The notes below the pieces were generated by a model, which was not told the DNA's origin, ran no database searches, and saw nothing but the letters and a program-made list of their open reading frames with translations. A stretch of 63,999 bases of DNA, counting the filler, from Asterionella formosa (taxonomy: Eukaryota): NCBI GenBank assembly GCA_002256025.1. It is 13 parts of 13 records of this genome, joined end to end, with 100 filler letters (N's around TTAATTAATTAA, not from the genome) between each part and the next. Parts side by side here need not be neighbours in the genome. Positions count along the whole stretch, not along the records: positions 25,166 to 48,674 come from NKIB01002449.1; positions 48,775 to 50,211 come from NKIB01002450.1; positions 50,312 to 51,747 come from NKIB01002451.1; positions 51,848 to 53,282 come from NKIB01002452.1; positions 53,383 to 54,817 come from NKIB01002453.1; positions 54,918 to 56,352 come from NKIB01002454.1; positions 56,453 to 57,886 come from NKIB01002455.1; positions 57,987 to 59,420 come from NKIB01002456.1; 5 more parts are not named here. One strand, given 5' to 3'. Position numbers and translations under genes: made by a program. Positions 47,202 through 59,957 of this stretch are shown here, one piece after another (within the stretch, counting starts at the first letter, position 1; every line of letters begins with the position of its first letter).

Positions 47202-48774
47202 TATTCTTCACTCACAGTTGTTCCGTTCCCTTATTTTGCCAAATTGCAATGCAGTGCGGGGTTGCGCTGTTTCTTTTGCTTGATTTCTTTATTATACGTG
47301 CAAGATGCTATCTATACAGATTGGCGGATTCATTCATATGTTGGTCCAAGGGTGGTGAAGCTGTTCCCGTCGTCACTCCCTTTCCTTCTTGATTTTTGCA
47401 GCTCCTGGTTGTCATCACCAGTATTTTACCAACATACGACCCGGACGGACCACTGGTATATACGTAACTAATAATACCCTACATAAAATAAAAATTATTT
47501 TGCACTCCGGTTGTAATCATATTTATTATTTACTGATTGATGGTAGCTTTGTGAGTTGAAACACAGAAGAATTCTTGATTTCTGATTCCCAATTACGTCT
47601 CCACTTCTGTGTGAAGACAACATTTCCCTACAAGTCGTTGTGTTTGATGAAACAACACACAATTAGGTACCATGATTGATAAACTTCAGACATTTGATAA
47701 AGAACAATGTTGAAGGGCGAATTCTATCAAGTTTTCCTTATGTTTACCAAACAAGTTTGGTAAACCCTAAACTACAAATGACTGGAGAGACAAATCATTT
47801 CTGTCCAAAGGATTGAAGAACAATCAAATCATCCTATTAATGAATTTATTTCATACCCTGCTGTTGAATATACTGCTGGTAGCAGTTAAATCCATTGGTT
47901 CAAGTTCCAGCACATACCTACATACATATTGGTCACAGCATGTATCTCCACCACACTGCATCTGTTAACCATAGAATGACTCCACCAGAGGTATTTTGTA
48001 ATAATCCTCTGCTACTCCCCTTCATTCAAACTGTTAAACAAGGTATGTGTGCCACAAGATTACCCAGGTTTGCTGTGGAATCATAAAATATTGAGCAAAT
48101 ATCAAGCATTTTCTCATCAATTCATGTGCTGGGTTACTGCTGTGATGCAATAATCTCCCCTTTCTGCTATTCTGCTGCCATGGGACATATCTCCCCTATC
48201 TGTGGTGCTCTGAGCATCTTTGTAGGCTAGATCTACAATTGCAGGATACATCCCCCCATTTGAGGAATCGGCAAGCCAGGGGTCAGCGATGCTTGAAAGA
48301 TGGGAAGACATGGTGGGGTAGCAATCAAGGAAGGTGGGTGGGAGATGTGGAGGCTGACCATGGAAAGAAGGGTATGTATCAGCAACGAGATGGAAAGGAT
48401 GGTAATCCCAGGTGTAGGTGGAGAGAATGCGTGCCCCTTGTTAGACTCTTATGGGCATAATGAGTGCCCCTGGTTAAACTCTTATCATCAGTCTTCATGC
48501 CGATTTTTGCAACAACGACGAAATACTGGCGATGACGATTGGAAAGATTGTTTGCAAAACCGTCTTGAATCGTCTGCAAATAAAATCTATCATATTCCCA
48601 TGATGCATCATAGGATTGTGATCATCTGATCATAATTTTTCGTTATATCATCTAATAATTTTGATAAATGCCCTNNNNNNNNNNNNNNNNNNNNNNNNNN
48701 NNNNNNNNNNNNNNNNNNTTAATTAATTAANNNNNNNNNNNNNNNNNNNNNNNNNNNNNNNNNNNNNNNNNNNN

Positions 48775-50211
48775 GCATTCTGGTGGTACCATTGGACTTG
48801 GGAAACAGCGAGGAAGGTTGTATCCCGACGTATCAAACAGTTTCGAATAAGAGGAGTTGGAACGAAGAGATGTGACAAGAACTGACCTGACACTTCTGTC
48901 CGACTTGGTCGATGGATGTCTCCCACCTATTTGTGACTTCCTGCGCAACACAACAAAACTTGCCACAACGACGAATCAAACGGGTTTCGAATATGAGGAG
49001 TGGTTGGAACGAAGAGACTTGTCATAAACATGACACTTTTGTCCGACTCGGTCGATGGAGCAAAAGAAACGACACCAGCGTCCGGTTATTTGCAAATGGC
49101 TGTACTTGATTAAAAACAAATAACCATTTTGATAGTAACTATTTATGAGTAAATAAAAATTCTTACTTCCATCTTTCCCCATAGGAATCAAGCAAAAACG
49201 CATTCGTCTCACAGTAGCCGAAAAGGAGCGTATCTTTCTGGACGCGCTTCAGTCCTACGATGCCACTGGAAGGCAAATGCTCAAGGATGACGAGTTTGAC
49301 CTATTGAAGGAAGATTTGCAATGGAACGGATCTGAACATATATATAGCTAAAAAAAGGAAAGACGACACGACAATGAACGTGATGGCTGGTTGTTGAGGA
49401 TACCGGTATGTGATATGCATCAATCCATATCAAAAATCATATTATAGTGATGTACATATCAACGCATCCGTATACTTAGATCCTATCCACTGTATAATAC
49501 TATCATATTAACTGTTGACTTTAACTGTATACTTTCTTAAACGACAGACATATATATTAATTAACATACTTTATGATTGCTTGATTTATTTTCTATGATT
49601 TCTTGGTAACACTTGCTTGCATACATATTTTATTGTATTTTTTTGTCATTGTATTAGTTTTACATGATCATATTTTGATCAAAATTTTATCATAAACATT
49701 TTATAAAATCATCATAATTTTAGGATCAATGTATCATAGCTCTGTGATATTTTTTATTCAATATTACGTATCATACTTCGGTGATGTATGCATCGATGTA
49801 ACCTTATCATGATATCACAGTATCATCTTATCAATCATGATGAGATGATTGGGAAGCAACTGTATTCTGCATCGTGCTACAGGGTATATTATTATATCAC
49901 GCAATTTAGTAGCGAAGTCACTCCGCCTGTAATGTACTAAAGTCGACAGTGCACATTCCGGGTACCAGTACTCAAACGCTAATCAGGTTTGAGGCAAAGG
50001 ACAGTGGTTCGAACGAGCGAATGATGATACGGTACCAATTTTTCCAACGAAAGAACTTGTCTCTCTATTGATGAGGATGACACGGACACGGACACGGACA
50101 CCGACTTTTTCAGGAGCAAACAACAATGAAGAGACCCACTTGTCGCTCTATTGATGGTAAAAAAGATGCAGACAAGTTCAACAGTGAATACAAAGAACAA
50201 CATACCATTGA
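48775..50211 (+). mobile_element. Mosaic gene-fragment-carrying repeat, copy A
   Basis: Highly similar to 63300-63999 and to 50312-51230. Confidence 0.85.
49185..49336 (+). pseudogene. PGRL1: Captured PGRL1-like exon fragment with internal 52-nt deletion
   Basis: IRLTVAEKERIFLDALQSYDATGRQMLKDDEFDLLKEDLQWNGSE. Confidence 0.8.
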
Positions 50212-50311
50212 NNNNNNNNNNNNNNNNNNNNNNNNNNNNNNNNNNNNNNNNNNNNTTAATTAATTAANNNNNNNNNNNNNNNNNNNNNNNNNNNNNNNNN
50301 NNNNNNNNNNN

Positions 50312-51747
50312 GACGAGTTTGACCTATTGAAGGAAGATTTGCAATGGAACGGATCTGAGCATATATATAGCTAAAACAAGGAAAGACGACATGACAATTA
50401 ACGTGATGGCTGGTTGTTGAGGATAGCGGTATGTGATATGCATCAATCCATATCACAAATCATATTATAGTGATGTACATATCAACGCATCCGTATACTT
50501 AGATCCTATCCACTGTATAATACTATCATATTAACTGTTGACTTTAACTGTATACATTAAACGACAAACACATATATTAATTAACATACTTTATGATTGC
50601 TTGATTTATATTCTGTGATGTATCGATAACACTTGCGTACATATTTTATCGTATTTTATTGTCATTGTACTATTTTTACATGATAATATTTTGATCAAAA
50701 TTATATCATATATATTTCATAAAATCATCATAATTTTATGATCAATGTATCATAGCTATGTGATGTACTTTATTCAATATTACGTATCATACTTTGGTGA
50801 TGTATGTATCGATGTAACCTTATCATGATATCACAGTATCATCTTATCAATCATGATGAGATGATTGGGAAGCAATTGTATTCTGCATCGTGCTACAGGG
50901 TATATTATTATATCACGCAATTTAGTAGCGAAGTCACTCCGCCTGTAATGTACTAAAGTCGACAGTGCACATACCGGGTACCGGTACTCAAACGCTAATC
51001 AGGTTTGAGGCAACGGACAGTGGTTCGAACGAGCAAATGATGATACGGTACCAATTTTTCCAACGAAAGAACTTGTCTCTCTATTGATGAGGATGACGCG
51101 GACACGGACACGGACACCGACTTTTCCAGGAGCAAACAACAATGAAGAGACCCACTTGTCGCTCTATTGATGGTAACAAAGATGCGGACAAGCAAGTTCA
51201 ACAGTGAATACAAGAACAACATACCATTGAAAACAAGTCGACAGTGTGTGCACGCACACGCCAAGCAAGTTTGAGGCAACGGACAATTCCAACAAGCAAA
51301 TGACGATACTGATATCAAATTCTTCCTACGAGCAAACAAAAATGAAAAGAGCCACTTGCTTTCGCTCTCTTGCTTGTTGGTATCAAAGATGCGGACAAGT
51401 TCAATACTTAATTCAAGTACAGTATGCCAAATGCAGAAACGAGCAAGCGATATGAAAATGAAATGCGTTCTAATCAGAATCATTCTATAACTATAGCTAT
51501 GTGGACAGTAGTCTGTTACGCACATTTTCGTATCTCCTTCTATGCTGAATCTCAATAGTAGATGTAGTATCATGTGAGAATTGAAAATGTCAACGAGAAC
51601 AAGTACCGGTAGAATGTGTCTGTTTACGGGTTGATTGGCGAGATTGTCATGCTGAAGTGGACGAAACGGATATACTTTGTGCGCAAAATCGGAAGTTGGT
51701 AGGGTTTATAATGTCGTTTATTTCTCCGTTCTGAATGATTGGACCAT
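50312..51747 (+). mobile_element. Mosaic repeat, copy B (downstream part), with internal diverged duplication of ~50960-51230 at ~51237-51430
   Basis: Starts inside the PGRL1 fragment (DEFDLLKEDLQWNGSE) and is colinear with 49288-50211. Confidence 0.85.
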
Positions 51748-51847
51748 NNNNNNNNNNNNNNNNNNNNNNNNNNNNNNNNNNNNNNNNNNNNTTAATTAAT
51801 TAANNNNNNNNNNNNNNNNNNNNNNNNNNNNNNNNNNNNNNNNNNNN

Positions 51848-52630
51848 AACCGTTTGAAATGGCGGGATACAACCTTCCTCGCTGTTTCCCAAGTCCAATG
51901 GTACCACCAGAATGCAGCAAAGTTTTCTTCCCATTCATGATCCTTGGGACTTCGTCATGTTGTGGCGTTCTACCGTTGCAACGCACGATAATGGGTGATG
52001 TACCAAATTTTTCCGGTATACCGGTAATAGAGGGGGGCGGGGGGCATCGCTTTGACTTTCACAGCCTCTCTACAGAGCTGCGACAGAAAATAATAGGGAA
52101 AAACATAGTACCACCATAACCGTAGGTGCTACTTAAAGGTGCTGATAAAAGATGTAAACGTTCTACCTGGTACCGGTAGTAACTCGTCAGCCTGGCTAAT
52201 TATCGCGCCAGTTAAATTCATAAAAGCAATATTATGATAACTACCGGGTAGGTATGCCAGAACATATGGTTTTCTGTTGCTCGCTTATTACTCCGACTAT
52301 TGGTTTTTAGTTTTACAATCATACAATCCTAGAACTATGATGATTTATTGTGCCACAGTAGTAGCAACAGTCCTGAATATATGGTATTCCATTGGTTTTT
52401 GGTTTTACGATCATACGATCCTAAAATTATGATAATTTACTGTCCCGCTGCAATAGCAGCAGTCATAGACATTTCGTGTTCTATTGGTTTTTAGTTTTAC
52501 GATCATACAATCCTAAAACTATGATGATTTACTGTCCCACTGCAGTAGCAACAGTCCTGAACATATGGTGTTCTGTTGCTAGTTTTCTACTCCGACTACC
52601 CCCAGTATATCAGTTACTACCTGCTACTGG
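51848..52630 (-). mobile_element. Mosaic repeat, copy C (upstream part, inverted)
   Basis: Reverse complement is colinear with 62589-63368. Confidence 0.85.
52297..52575. repeat. About 92-bp tandem repeat x3; also at about 62640-62925 on the opposite strand
   Basis: ATTGGTTTT recurs at 52299, 52391 and 52483, with the whole unit conserved. Confidence 0.9.
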
Positions 52631-53155
52631 TACCCTGTATATATATGATACATTGTTATTGTCATATGATGTCCCGGTACACATGAAGAGCTCCCGCCCA
52701 AAAAAGGGGCTTGAACAATTTGCTACCAAAACCCTTGCGGCATTTGAACGGTCTAAATAATTAGTTTCAACGGACGTAGAAAATATCGATGCAAACAAAT
52801 TTCAGAGATAATACCGGTACACGTACCGGTAGTCGTGAAAAAATGGAGGACTCTGGAAAAGGATGTGATGTCTGACGTGACAGTTGGCACGCAGTCGGAA
52901 ATGTCAACAGCCAATGAGAGCGAAGGTCGAAGAATCTAAGCCCAACAGATTTTTAAAACGGCTCAGGACCAACATACCTTAATATTTTTAAGGTCGATTC
53001 TTTTTTAACAAACCTGCAAGGCTCTAATGATGAAGAAATGCCGGAACTTTGATTGTCAAACACGACTCATATCTGAGGTTGCATGCCACAGGAAGAATGA
53101 ACGATGATTTCCATCACCCACAGAATCTCCTGCTTGAATTCAAAGAATCATCTAT

Positions 53156-53282
53156 ATGAGGATTTTTTCCCTTTCTCTCCTTCTTGTTTTGCCTTGCATT
53201 GCTGAAGGCGGCTTCAACAAGACTGTGCCTGGAAGTCGTCCTAAACATGACAAACCTCTATCAGCAAAGAAGGGAACTGGAG
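53156..53282 (+). CDS. Possible 5' end of a secreted protein gene, truncated by contig end
   Basis: MRIFSLSLLLVLPCIAEG looks like a signal peptide; only 42 codons are visible. Confidence 0.4.
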
Positions 53283-53382
53283 NNNNNNNNNNNNNNNNNN
53301 NNNNNNNNNNNNNNNNNNNNNNNNNNTTAATTAATTAANNNNNNNNNNNNNNNNNNNNNNNNNNNNNNNNNNNNNNNNNNNN

Positions 53383-54817
53383 ATACACGGTCCCTTTATT
53401 GGAGAAGTTGAAGAAGGCGTGACACAGTCAGGATTGATTACCAACATGTTCGCGGCACCCATTTTTCGGCATGAACCGGAGTCGTCAGACTTTTTAATGA
53501 TCCTCGGCCGTAAGCCTATCACCGCCTCACGAAGTACAGGTCTACTTCAACAGATGAGCGTTGTGTTGCGTCCAATGCCGGCAAGTGTATTTTGCGTGGG
53601 TCAAGTGGAGCCGAGAGAACGAGGCATGGTGCATGCTCCTCAAACATCCGGCGAACGAACATTTACTGCGATATTTTTGTCGTATCTTATTGCGAAGACG
53701 ATAACGTGGTATGAACGGAATGAAAACAGAGGTTTGCGCTTCGATGAAATTAGCGATTTATTTCACCATACCGGCATTCAAGCAAATGCACTTCGGCAGC
53801 GCATCAAATCTGTGGCGCATTATGACAAGAATTCACAAATTTGGGACTCAAAACCAATAACAGATTATGATGATTATCCGGGAGTTGAAGCCTTAGGGCG
53901 AAAGGTGGCACCTGAAGGGGTCGCTTGTTACGAAATGGCGTGTGCTACGGCCCGTCGCTTGTGTGACATCGGGCTCACTATTCTATATTCAGGGTCTAAT
54001 AATGTGACGACAGTTGGGGCTGCTATTGCATACTTGACCGGGGATTTGAATTCTTCCCGTGACATCTCGCGTAAATTAAAAAAAATGCTGGAGTTTGCCA
54101 GGTCATCGAAAACCTCAACGCAAGCGCAAATAGCTTTCTATGAGAAGGCGGCTGAAAAGCTGGACGAGCACTGGAAGGATATCCGGCGAAAGCACGAAGT
54201 GGCAAGGTTCATTTATGAAGAGCTTCAACTAGCTTCTTGGAACTTGACATTTGAGTTTATTGACGTTCACAAGCTTGGACATGGTACCGGCATGATGAAA
54301 TTGACTGGAATAGGGGATCCTTCTGGTCTTGGCGAAGCATATAACTATATTCGTGAAGTTGACACCAAGCCTCATAAGGTTTCTGCTGCTGCTAACGATG
54401 GTGCGCTAAATGCTCAAATCAAGAAAATTACAGGAACTGACAATGATTTGCGTAAGCTTACCATGAAGCAAATGGCTAGTCTGCTTCGGTCATACGGCAT
54501 GGCTCAAAAAGACATCGACAGGCTTAAGCGTTGGGATCGTGTACACGTTATTCGTGATTTGTCAACGAAAGCAGCAAGTGATGGTATGGGCGATGGACTG
54601 GAACGTTTCGCTCGTGGCGAAAAGCTTAAGCTAAGTGAACAGAAACAAATGTATCGGGACCGTATCCAAGAGATTTGGCGTCGTCAACGCAGCGCTTTGT
54701 CAACAGATGTTGGTGATTTACGAACAGTTGGGCAAGAAGGAAGTATTGTGACTGGTGATGTCGAGAGCAAAGTTGGAGATCCTGCTGAGAATGTTTCTCC
54801 TCAAAAGAAGTCAAAAG
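53383..54817 (+). CDS. TAF1: TFIID subunit 1, central DUF3591 region (partial)
   Basis: NMFAAPIFRH...DFLMI, GIGDPSGLGEAYNYIR, TGTDNDLRKLTMKQ...LKRWDRVHVIR. Frame is open across the whole contig. Confidence 0.92.
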
Positions 54818-54917
54818 NNNNNNNNNNNNNNNNNNNNNNNNNNNNNNNNNNNNNNNNNNNNTTAATTAATTAANNNNNNNNNNNNNNNNNNNNNNNNNNN
54901 NNNNNNNNNNNNNNNNN

Positions 54918-55782
54918 ATCCCGTGTTAAAATAGCGGTGATATCCAACCTGTAATTATCCTGTAAATAACAAAAGTTATTCAGGTAATGATTGACGTAAG
55001 ACATATTCAATGTGCTGTCGCTCATAAATATATATATATATGTATATTATTAAAATCATAGCATTGTTGCTATTGTCGCACATAATTCTGTTAAGGCGAT
55101 ATGTTCAGCATTCTGCTGGTTTTTTATTAGGCACATCGGCCACTAACTGACCAACAGGAGGGTTCATGACCACTAAAATGTCCTCGTCTACCAAAACTGG
55201 AACGGCCATATCCATTATGACGACCAGTCATGTGACCTGCTCGACCACCTTGAGTACGAGGATTCTGGAAACAATTGATGTTAATATATCCTTAGAAGTA
55301 AAACAGGAAACCGGAATTGGGCCCTGATATGTATATGGAACATCATGTCCATCAATGCAGTTATATATATCCCGCGTAACATTAACCGCGGTATTCATAG
55401 TGTATTCAACCTGTAAATAAACAATATTATTCAGGTGATGACTAACGTGAGATATACTCAACGAGTCATTATAAATAGCATCGCTATTATCGCACATACC
55501 TCTGTAATGGCGATCAGCAATCTGCTGTTGTATAGTAGGGACAAAAGTCACTATCTGGCCAGCAGGAGGGTTCGTGACCACTGAAATTTCCTGGGCAGAT
55601 GTATTCTCGGTAGGATCGGCACGTGGCACGGTACCCCAACCGGATGGACGAGTATTATGACTCCATGTATTTAACATACGAGCATGTGGAACAGGCACAG
55701 GATTCCGAACAGGAACAAGGTTAGTAGTGTTAGTAATGTTAACTCCATGAATCTTATGTTTGACCGTTGTTTCATATCCCAT
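54918..55782 (-). pseudogene. Degenerate unknown coding sequence with a diverged ~450-bp internal repeat
   Basis: 55371-55462 resembles 54920-55011, and EISVVTNPPAGQIV resembles DILVVMNPPVGQLV. Confidence 0.45.
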
Positions 55783-56994
55783 GCGTGGCCGGCTGCACTA
55801 AAATGCATGTGCCCTGCCATCACCACTGAGTATAAAATTATCATGTACAAATTTACGCTTGAAATGGAGTTTGTATTCTTGATACATCACAGGACTGCAT
55901 TTAGCAATGCGAAGACGATCTTTTGTTAAAATTGACACCAGTCACGCTTATTTTCTTGATGCGTCATGGAATTGTCTTCAACTTCAACTATTTATTTACG
56001 ATTTTGTGTTAGAAAATCGACACCAGGCATGCGCGTTCTCTCGACATAACACGATTGCCTTCAACAAGCGATGCGAAGTCGATTTCGGCTTATGGTAGAA
56101 CTCATGCTTGAGGATGTGCTCGAGTTGATCTTTTAATGATTGTTGACTCTCGAAGTAAGTCAAAACCAAGCAAATCAATTATTTTGTGTTCTTTTCATTG
56201 TTCCATTCAAACATTTGTTGCCACGCATTGTTGATCAAGTAAAATGACAATCAACCTCAAATCTTCCTTGGCGGAAACCTCTTGATCTTCTGGATGAGTT
56301 ATCATGAGTTTTAGGAGCTTCTTTAAGGTCTTGAGACAGGCAGCAAAGTCGANNNNNNNNNNNNNNNNNNNNNNNNNNNNNNNNNNNNNNNNNNNNTTAA
56401 TTAATTAANNNNNNNNNNNNNNNNNNNNNNNNNNNNNNNNNNNNNNNNNNNNGTCTGGTATTGTTGAGATGATGACATTTGAACTGTGACTCTTTATGAA
56501 TAGAGTCTTCAACCACGAAGAACAACTGTTTGGGTTTCCTTGGCTCTTCGAAAGCAATCTTTCCTTCTTTTCAATCTCTGCCACTATTGTATCGGCATAA
56601 TTGCTTCATTTTTCTTCTTGAGTATTATGAATCTGTTCAAATTCATTTGTTATTTGAGTGTATTCAAAGGAATCTTCGATTGATTTCATAAGTTTCTTCA
56701 TCTTCTTTTCCGAAAACATTAAATCGTGTAGTGTAAACAATGGAAGTAAGTCAGGTTTCTTGTTTGACTGATCCTTTGCATGAATTCCATGAAATGCCAT
56801 TTGGAAAGTTGTCAAAGGGCCAGAAGACTATGATGTAAAACAGTGGAAGGGAAACTCGGAGCTTTTTGCGGCGCTTGTGGAGGTGCAGCTGGTGTGATGG
56901 TAACCGAGTGTAGTAATTGTTGAACAGAGCACAGCAGTGTAATATGCATGTTCCGCCAGCTTAGTGTTTACACAATACACATGCTGGCATAAAT

Positions 56995-57152
56995 ACAGCT
57001 ATAACAAGGAAAAACGACATGACAATGAATGTGATGGCTGGTTGTTGAGGATACCGGTATGTGATATGCATCAATATATTTCACAAATCATATAATAGTG
57101 ATGTACATATCACTGCATCCGTATACTTAGATCCTATCCACCATATAATACA
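56995..57152 (+). repeat. Mosaic repeat fragment (segment just downstream of the PGRL1 piece)
   Basis: Matches 49345-49500. Confidence 0.85.
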
Positions 57153-57986
57153 GTCAGTATATCACTTGATGATGTAGTGATATATATAAGAGATTGAGTC
57201 TTAAATGGAAGGTAATGAAAAGTAGAAATTTCCAGAAGATTACAGATTGTAGAAGGATCCAAGGTTGTGTAGAACTTAAGTGACAAACTGTGTGAAAGGT
57301 CAAGAAGAGTGAATCTTGTAGGGATTTAGGGTGGTGGATCTTGTAGGGATCCAAGGTGGTGGATCTTGTAGGGATCCAAGGTTGGTGAAAGAAAGGAATG
57401 AATGTAAGTTTGGTTGACAAAACTGATGTTTTCAATTATATGAGCTTAATTCTATTTGGCAAAATGAGGAAGGTGAGGAAGTGCCAGAAGCAACTAATGA
57501 AGTGCTGGCATCATGGAATGAGTACTGAATCTACAGAATCCTAAGGGAAAGGTAGAGAAGTGCCAGTAGCAAGATCAGAGGTGCTGACAGTAAGCTGTGT
57601 ATGAATGTACAGCCTGGTACCATAGACCTGCCTACTTGGTACCAGCAGCATTGTGCTGGTGCTGTTATACCAGTACTACTATGCATAAAACCTGGTAGCA
57701 TGACTAAATTCCCGCCGGAAGTATCATCATGGTACCTGGTGCCTGGTACTAGGTACCACAGAACCATTTTCTGGTGTCCGGTACTAGGTACTACCGGGTA
57801 CCAGGTACAAAACCTGGTACTGCTAAGCATCACTAAATTCCTGCCGGCAGCTGGTGTGCAAACCAGTAGTACCTGGTAGTAAAGTGNNNNNNNNNNNNNN
57901 NNNNNNNNNNNNNNNNNNNNNNNNNNNNNNTTAATTAATTAANNNNNNNNNNNNNNNNNNNNNNNNNNNNNNNNNNNNNNNNNNNN

Positions 57987-58458
57987 GAGGCATTAGTTGA
58001 AGTAGCCTGTTTAAAGTTTTAATACGAGCTCCGTAATCCATTACCAACATGGAAAAGGGTTTAGATAAATAACGTAGCATCCATTGTCGTTGATGTTGAA
58101 AACTCTCATTTGGTAAACGATCGTCTAACCATAAAGCCATCGCTTCTTCGAAACTATCGTAAGATTGATCTTCTGGGTGTACTTCCACATTCAACCAATC
58201 CGATAAGGCAATGTCTGTCAAACACCTTTTAAAATAGGAAAAGGTATCTGCAGGGCTAAAGTCACATGTGTTAGCCATATCACGAAATTGACTCACTCCA
58301 ATTAACAATGCTTCCACTGAGCTTCCATCGATCATATCTTGATCAAACGATTCAAACCTTCCACCGGTTAAAGCAACTCTGAACGTTTTAGTTTTGATAG
58401 TCAATACATTGTAGTCTTTGATCAAAGGAATCACAGGAACCCTTGAATACATTGCCAT
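57987..58458 (-). mobile_element. Ty3/Gypsy-type gag-like ORF, truncated
   Basis: F..FKRCL...A..DW and QRQWM...LSKPFSM.V..Y.ARI..LN..L..MP resemble the KPxxMxVxxFxxRxxxLNxxL motif of stramenopile Gypsy gags. Confidence 0.6.
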
Positions 58459-59115
58459 GTTTGTTGTCTTCTAATTCGACTCTTTTTGAATTCAAAGTGA
58501 AGTATCTAACTAGAAGTAGTAGTATTTGTTGAATATATGAGCTTATTAATTAATCCTTATGTATAACTCATTTCCTGAACTGACATCAAAGTATAGAATG
58601 GGTGTTAGTCGAGTTCTCTCATTATTGAATTCCGATATATTTGACATAACCCCAACTCTATATATATCTGTATCGATGTGCAGGATTGCTCACAAGGTAC
58701 CCTGGTACCTACGCACAGTGTACTTTCCTCGTGCTTACTATCTGGATAAAAGGGACTTCCTGATGGTACCAGGTAGTAGGAGACCGAAGTAACTTCGACA
58801 CAATTACCGTCTTGTCCATTTCGTCTTTCTCCATATTTAGTCTGTGTTGTAGCTTCGTAGATACATCGCTGGAATATATGAAAGCGATCCATAGAATAAT
58901 AGAATAATGAGCCAGGAATACATCTAAGCCGCGTATTACGTGAAGTGACCATCACGTAAATAAGCCTAGTTGATTTTGAATGCATCACATGAATTAGTTG
59001 AATACATCAAAATACGTAGTTGAACATGTCTATATATTATCTGAATACATCACGTTAAATATTTGATCAAAGTATCATGCATGCATTCCTGATCATCACT
59101 ATATTATGTGATCAC

Positions 59116-59215
59116 CTTCACATAATTATTTGAAATACTTCACATAATTATTTGAAATACTTCACATAATTATTTGAAATACTTCACATAATTATTTGAA
59201 ATCCTTCACGTAATT
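59116..59215. repeat. 22-bp minisatellite (CTTCACATAATTATTTGAAATA), about 4.5 copies
   Basis: Direct reading. Confidence 0.95.
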
Positions 59216-59521
59216 CTGTAATTTCGTTCACATAATTGTAGAATAAAGTTCACTTAATATGTTAAATTTGTTTACGTAATTTTCTGGAGCTCATTCAACT
59301 AAATTGAAGAGTTTCATTAATGAAATAAAGCCTGCTCATTCGGAACGGCATGCGAATGCTCCTGCACTGAAAGGGTTTGCTGCAATGTCAATTGAATGTA
59401 GAGGAAGATCAGTGTGAGTTNNNNNNNNNNNNNNNNNNNNNNNNNNNNNNNNNNNNNNNNNNNNTTAATTAATTAANNNNNNNNNNNNNNNNNNNNNNNN
59501 NNNNNNNNNNNNNNNNNNNNA

Positions 59522-59957
59522 CATACAGAATATTCTGGTGAATGTGATCATGTTGGTGGTGATCATCAAGTTTGTATTTGGTTTTGGGAGGTTGTTGGTG
59601 AATTTGATCGGGAAACCAAGGCGCGATTGTTGCAATTTGTGACAGGGACCAGTGGTGTTCCAAGTCGAGGATTCGGAGGTTTGCAAGGAAATGATGGGAA
59701 TATTCGGAAATTTACCATTCATGGAGTAGGAGTTGATGTTTGTCTTTATCCTCGAGCTCAGTAAGTCTCTCATGTATTGTTGTTGCACTCGCCTTGCTGA
59801 ATGAGTGTACCTTTTGCTCACCTCTCTCTCCCCTTTCTACTGCTGCAGCACTAGTTTCAATCGAATTGATTTACCAATGTATGAGACACGACAGGATTTG
59901 AAGGAGAAGTTGAAGTTGGCAGTCCCTATGGCTTCCACTGGGTTTGATATTGAATAG
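59522..59957 (+). pseudogene. HECT E3 ligase (NEDD4-like) C-terminus with catalytic Cys replaced by Ser; exons ..59760 and 59849-59957
   Basis: WFWEVV..FD.E.KARLLQFVTGTSGVP..GF..LQG, LYPRAH|TSFNRIDLP.Y, GFDIE*. GT..AG intron 59761-59848. Confidence 0.85.

Noticed and set aside
47470..48674. Possible transposase remnant and TIR (VDLAYK; GGGCATTTATCA at the contig end; 33-bp duplication at ~48427-48487)
   Set aside because: Too degenerate to assign by eye.
52297..52575. CRISPR-like array
   Set aside because: The whole 92-bp unit repeats with no unique spacers, there are no cas genes, and the context is eukaryotic.
52700..52722. Helitron 3' hairpin (GCCC-AAAAAAG-GGGC)
   Set aside because: Very short stem with no CTRR end at the expected distance, so the class of the mosaic element stays unassigned.
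53383..54817. Basal-transcription gene cluster (TAF1 with the TFIIB-like gene)
   Set aside because: Different contigs separated by artificial linkers.
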